From Nitrosopumilus sp. (GTDB taxonomy: Archaea > Thermoproteota > Nitrososphaeria > Nitrososphaerales > Nitrosopumilaceae), in contig OZ241857.1 of NCBI GenBank assembly GCA_965203315.1, forward strand, positions 1,408,001 through 1,472,000: 64,000 nucleotides of DNA. Reading direction: 5' to 3'. A program made the translations under genes and the position numbers. The first letter of the stretch is position 1; each line of letters starts with the position of its first letter. Below, one piece after another: positions 60,815 to 64,000 of the stretch. The notes under the pieces were generated by a model. That model was not told the DNA's origin. It saw nothing but the letters and a program-made list of their open reading frames with translations, and searched no databases.

Positions 60815-62422
60815 ATGCAGTTAACGCTATCAGATATCAATGACATGATAAACAACGCTGCAATTCCACTTGGAACACTGATATCTCCTTCTAGCATCCA
60901 AGGTGGTCACATGCTGCTTCGTAACGAGAGTCAACGTAATCAAAAACTGCTAAAGAGTTTGGTCTGCTTTAGCATGAACGGCACTCCTTGTCTGGCATCG
61001 ATTGCAAGCGTTGAGACTCAGAATCCATTCATGGATATGAGATCTCCTTTGGGTGTTGGAAACATGAGCTTTATTGCAAATCGAGGACGTGTGCCTCACA
61101 CCGAAGACTCGGATATGCGATTTGTAAAGGTTCAATTTCTCACAAAACTTGACGAAGAGGGTAACAGAGAGCAGCTCTTAACTTCCCCGGATATTGGTTT
61201 AGACGTTATTGCAGCAAGCGATCAGATCTTTGAGGCATTCTATCCATTTCAATTTCCACAAAATATTGCAGTAGGTCGCTATCTTGGACGAGAACTTCCC
61301 GTGCCACTAGATGTATATCAACTAAAGACCGTTCACTGTGGAATATTTGGTGAGACTGGTTGGGGCAAGAGTGTTCTCCAAGCATTTCTTGCAGCGACAC
61401 TTGCAAGGTCTGGCTGTAGATTACTGATCTTTGATCACTCTGGCGACTATTCCAATCAAGAGACCGATGTAAACAAGATATTCTCTACTCTGGTTGGAGA
61501 GAAGGGTCAAAAGTATGTCGTGTTTGACGCAACCCAGATCCAGGCAGATCACAATCTATTACGTATAAAATTGAACAACGTAGACTTTTGGAATCATGTA
61601 TTTCAAACCACTCCCGAGTATGCAGAACGTCTAGCAATAGAGATAGTCGATCAGATCGAGTCTCAATTTCCAGAGATCAACGATCTAAAGAATGTCGATG
61701 GTGGAAGGTTTTACAACTTTGTGATGGATGCAATATCTCAAACTTGGTCAGGTCAGGGAACCATAGAACAAAAGAAGAGAATAGCAGACTCTAAACAAAA
61801 GAAGATAATACATTGGTTCGTAGACGAGATTCGACCATACATTGATAGAGATATAACCTTTGATGACGTAAAGAATACAATCCTCTCACAGACTGCTGTG
61901 GTTATAGATCTATCTGGTCCAAATATGGATGATGCAGAGAAGGCACTCTATGTAAGCAAGATAGGCAATATGATCCTTGTCGAAGGCAACAGATGTTATC
62001 CAAGATCGAGACTGAATCTTATGGTGATGGTAGACGAGGCTCATATCTATGTCCCACAAACAATACGAGATGTAGAGAACATTTACTGGATAAAACAGTC
62101 CAAGAAGACGATAATCGAGATTGCAAAACAGGGACGCAAGTATGGTCTAGGACTCTGTCTAGCAGATCAACGAATAACTGCAGTAGACAAACAAGCAATA
62201 GATCTGGGTACCTACTTTCTTGGCAAGTTAAAGATGGCCGGAGATCGAGCAAACATTCGCGAGATGTTTGGAGCAGATGAGGCAGATGCACTACGAACTA
62301 TACAAAAGTTTCAGTTTCTAGTTGTCGGTAACGCCAGTCCGCTAGAGGATGTTACAGCGCCGATATCCGTATTTGATCCATCTACAGATCTAGACCTAGT
62401 GAACAATCTACATACTCGGTGA
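60815..62422 (+). CDS. HerA-like ATPase/DNA translocase
   Basis: HCGIFGETGWGKS (Walker A), IFDHSGDY, MVDEAH (Walker B), KQGRKYGLGLCLADQR (Arg finger); HAS-barrel-sized N-terminus. Confidence 0.9.
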   Translation: MQLTLSDINDMINNAAIPLGTLISPSSIQGGHMLLRNESQRNQKLLKSLVCFSMNGTPCLASIASVETQNPFMDMRSPLGVGNMSFIANRGRVPHTEDSDMRFVKVQFLTKLDEEGNREQLLTSPDIGLDVIAASDQIFEAFYPFQFPQNIAVGRYLGRELPVPLDVYQLKTVHCGIFGETGWGKSVLQAFLAATLARSGCRLLIFDHSGDYSNQETDVNKIFSTLVGEKGQKYVVFDATQIQADHNLLRIKLNNVDFWNHVFQTTPEYAERLAIEIVDQIESQFPEINDLKNVDGGRFYNFVMDAISQTWSGQGTIEQKKRIADSKQKKIIHWFVDEIRPYIDRDITFDDVKNTILSQTAVVIDLSGPNMDDAEKALYVSKIGNMILVEGNRCYPRSRLNLMVMVDEAHIYVPQTIRDVENIYWIKQSKKTIIEIAKQGRKYGLGLCLADQRITAVDKQAIDLGTYFLGKLKMAGDRANIREMFGADEADALRTIQKFQFLVVGNASPLEDVTAPISVFDPSTDLDLVNNLHTR

Positions 62423-62426
62423 TATC

Positions 62427-63671
62427 ATGTCTAGTAACTTTACGTTTGACTATGAAAGTCCATATGATATATCAAATGAACTTCCAATCCCACCAAAGAT
62501 GATCGAGTCTTCCATGAGTATAATCCAAGACCAATCTACCCGACAGTTTGATGATATTCAAAGATTGGTGAGCGATATCAACGAGGCCAGATCCAAACTA
62601 GAACCGATAATTCGTCTAGTCAATACTAGTGACACGTATACTGACTTTTATGGTATAGATGGTGGACTTGGTATCTCTAATGCTACCATTGGTGGTACAT
62701 ACTCGTCTGTGGTGGGTGTAGCATATCCGGCACACAAGGCTGCCGAGTCTTACATGTTGATCGATCCAATAATAGTTCCGGCTGGTCTCGGCGCACCGCA
62801 TCAAAACTACTTTCAGATGTGGATGAAAAAGTACGAACTTGCAGTAGCTGCAAGAGCCACCAAACGAGGAGACTGTATCTTCTTTGACGGTACACTAGTC
62901 CCAACCATCTTTGCTCGGTTCTTACAGTCTGCAGCAGACTATGAGGCGCTACGTCCAGCTTTTCTGACGATGTTTCAAGATGCATTTGTAACCACAGACA
63001 AGAGATGTCTGGTAGACGAGATCCTAGACAGTAATGTTCCTATTGTGGGTATACCAAAACGTGTCCACTCTAGAAATATCATAAACACACGACTACGCTT
63101 TATGAAACTCCCTACATTTATGAGCGATCTGATGGCATGCTCTCTCTTGCTCAAGCCTGGTGAGTATATCACACCAATGGATTACAAGATGGTCTATCAG
63201 ATGCAGGCAGGAAAGAGCGATCCATTGACCGATGAGGAACTGGCACTATCCAAGCGACATTGGGATTTAGTTACAAAACTTCTCCGAGAGCCAGACGAGA
63301 TCCCAAAGCGAGCAGGACTCGATGCAAGCGTCAAGACGATCCCTTATCTTGCAGAGAATACTCTGGTTACATACTTTAAGCCGGTATCTGGTTCTATCGC
63401 AATTCGCGTCGAGTTTCTGAGACGTGACCTAGACTCTCTATCAAAGATATTGGCTACGATCCAGGCCGACTTTGACAAGGTGTCGAGACTACCCTTTTGT
63501 GTATTCATGGCGGACAAGTACTCTAAGAGCAATAGAAACATACCACGGATGATAAAGACGTCGATAGCAAACAAGCTGATCAAGATTGCACGCGAGCGTG
63601 ATGTGACTGATCCCAATACATTATGGTACATCAACGAACTATCTTCATCACTAGGGAGTCAGACCATCTAG
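62427..63671 (+). CDS. NurA-like nuclease
   Basis: FYGIDGG, KKYE, IFFDGTL, IVGIPKR, SDL..LLKPGEY, IRVEF, LPFCVFMADKYS; 4 bp after herA. Confidence 0.8.
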   Translation: MSSNFTFDYESPYDISNELPIPPKMIESSMSIIQDQSTRQFDDIQRLVSDINEARSKLEPIIRLVNTSDTYTDFYGIDGGLGISNATIGGTYSSVVGVAYPAHKAAESYMLIDPIIVPAGLGAPHQNYFQMWMKKYELAVAARATKRGDCIFFDGTLVPTIFARFLQSAADYEALRPAFLTMFQDAFVTTDKRCLVDEILDSNVPIVGIPKRVHSRNIINTRLRFMKLPTFMSDLMACSLLLKPGEYITPMDYKMVYQMQAGKSDPLTDEELALSKRHWDLVTKLLREPDEIPKRAGLDASVKTIPYLAENTLVTYFKPVSGSIAIRVEFLRRDLDSLSKILATIQADFDKVSRLPFCVFMADKYSKSNRNIPRMIKTSIANKLIKIARERDVTDPNTLWYINELSSSLGSQTI

Positions 63672-64000
63672 AGCCATCCACGTTTGGCAAGCTCTCTCTC
63701 CCTCTTGAAGAGAAACTGTTGTACGTATCCACAGTGTGTGCCAAATCTATCTACTATTGTATTGTGTATGCTGTGATACTGTTTAGATGTGATCGTCTTT
63801 GTACATGTGATATTATAGTCTCGTTCCAAGACTCGGAGCATCCATCTGTCTATTGGAAATGCTTCTAACTTGTCTAGTGCAAATAGCATCAGACAGTCTG
63901 CAATCTTTTCTCCAACTCCTTGTATATTGCATACTAGATCTCTTGCAGTGGTATAGTCTCGTTTACGCATGTCAATCAGATCTATTGATCCATCTGCAAC
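63668..64000 (-). CDS. 8-oxoguanine DNA glycosylase/AP lyase (Ogg1-like), 5'-truncated by window edge
   Basis: HhH GVGEKIADCLMLF, AFPIDRW, GYVQQFLF. Confidence 0.88.
   Translation of the reverse strand, partial: VADGSIDLIDMRKRDYTTARDLVCNIQGVGEKIADCLMLFALDKLEAFPIDRWMLRVLERDYNITCTKTITSKQYHSIHNTIVDRFGTHCGYVQQFLFKRERELAKRGWL

Noticed and set aside
1293-63868. Many short ORFs antisense to or nested in recognised genes (e.g. 1293-1865, 13634-14041, 24855-25256, 26955-27413, 46596-46967)
   Set aside because: Shadow frames of well-supported genes with no motifs

Overview
Archaeal chromosomal segment, almost certainly from an ammonia-oxidising Nitrosopumilaceae (Nitrososphaerota/Thaumarchaeota). Markers: ESCRT-III CdvB, heme-copper oxidase with split subunit II and a two-domain cupredoxin, cobalamin methyltransferases, aconitase-X pair plus class II HMG-CoA reductase, tiaS, dph2, a his operon and a Ubl-E1 fusion. 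The core backbone is peppered with accessory DNA: intact-looking ISH3/IS4-like and IS630 elements (the latter splitting a beta-propeller gene), about six MITE-like families (some nested), a MITE-flanked AT-rich glycosyltransferase, a DUF4011 helicase-nuclease, tandem PIN genes, a frameshifted Panacea/YwgA-like gene, and a terminal island (NERD nuclease, atypical tyrosine recombinase, HerA ATPase, NurA-like nuclease). There are four recognisable tRNAs (Val, Lys, Arg, intron-containing initiator Met). The most unusual locus is 16244-16428: a tRNA-like gene with a Phe (GAA) anticodon but a long variable arm and G73, lying back-to-back with a small hairpin whose minus-strand product is complementary to 18 of 19 contiguous nt of that tRNA. 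All assignments come from reading motifs by eye; no database searches were run.
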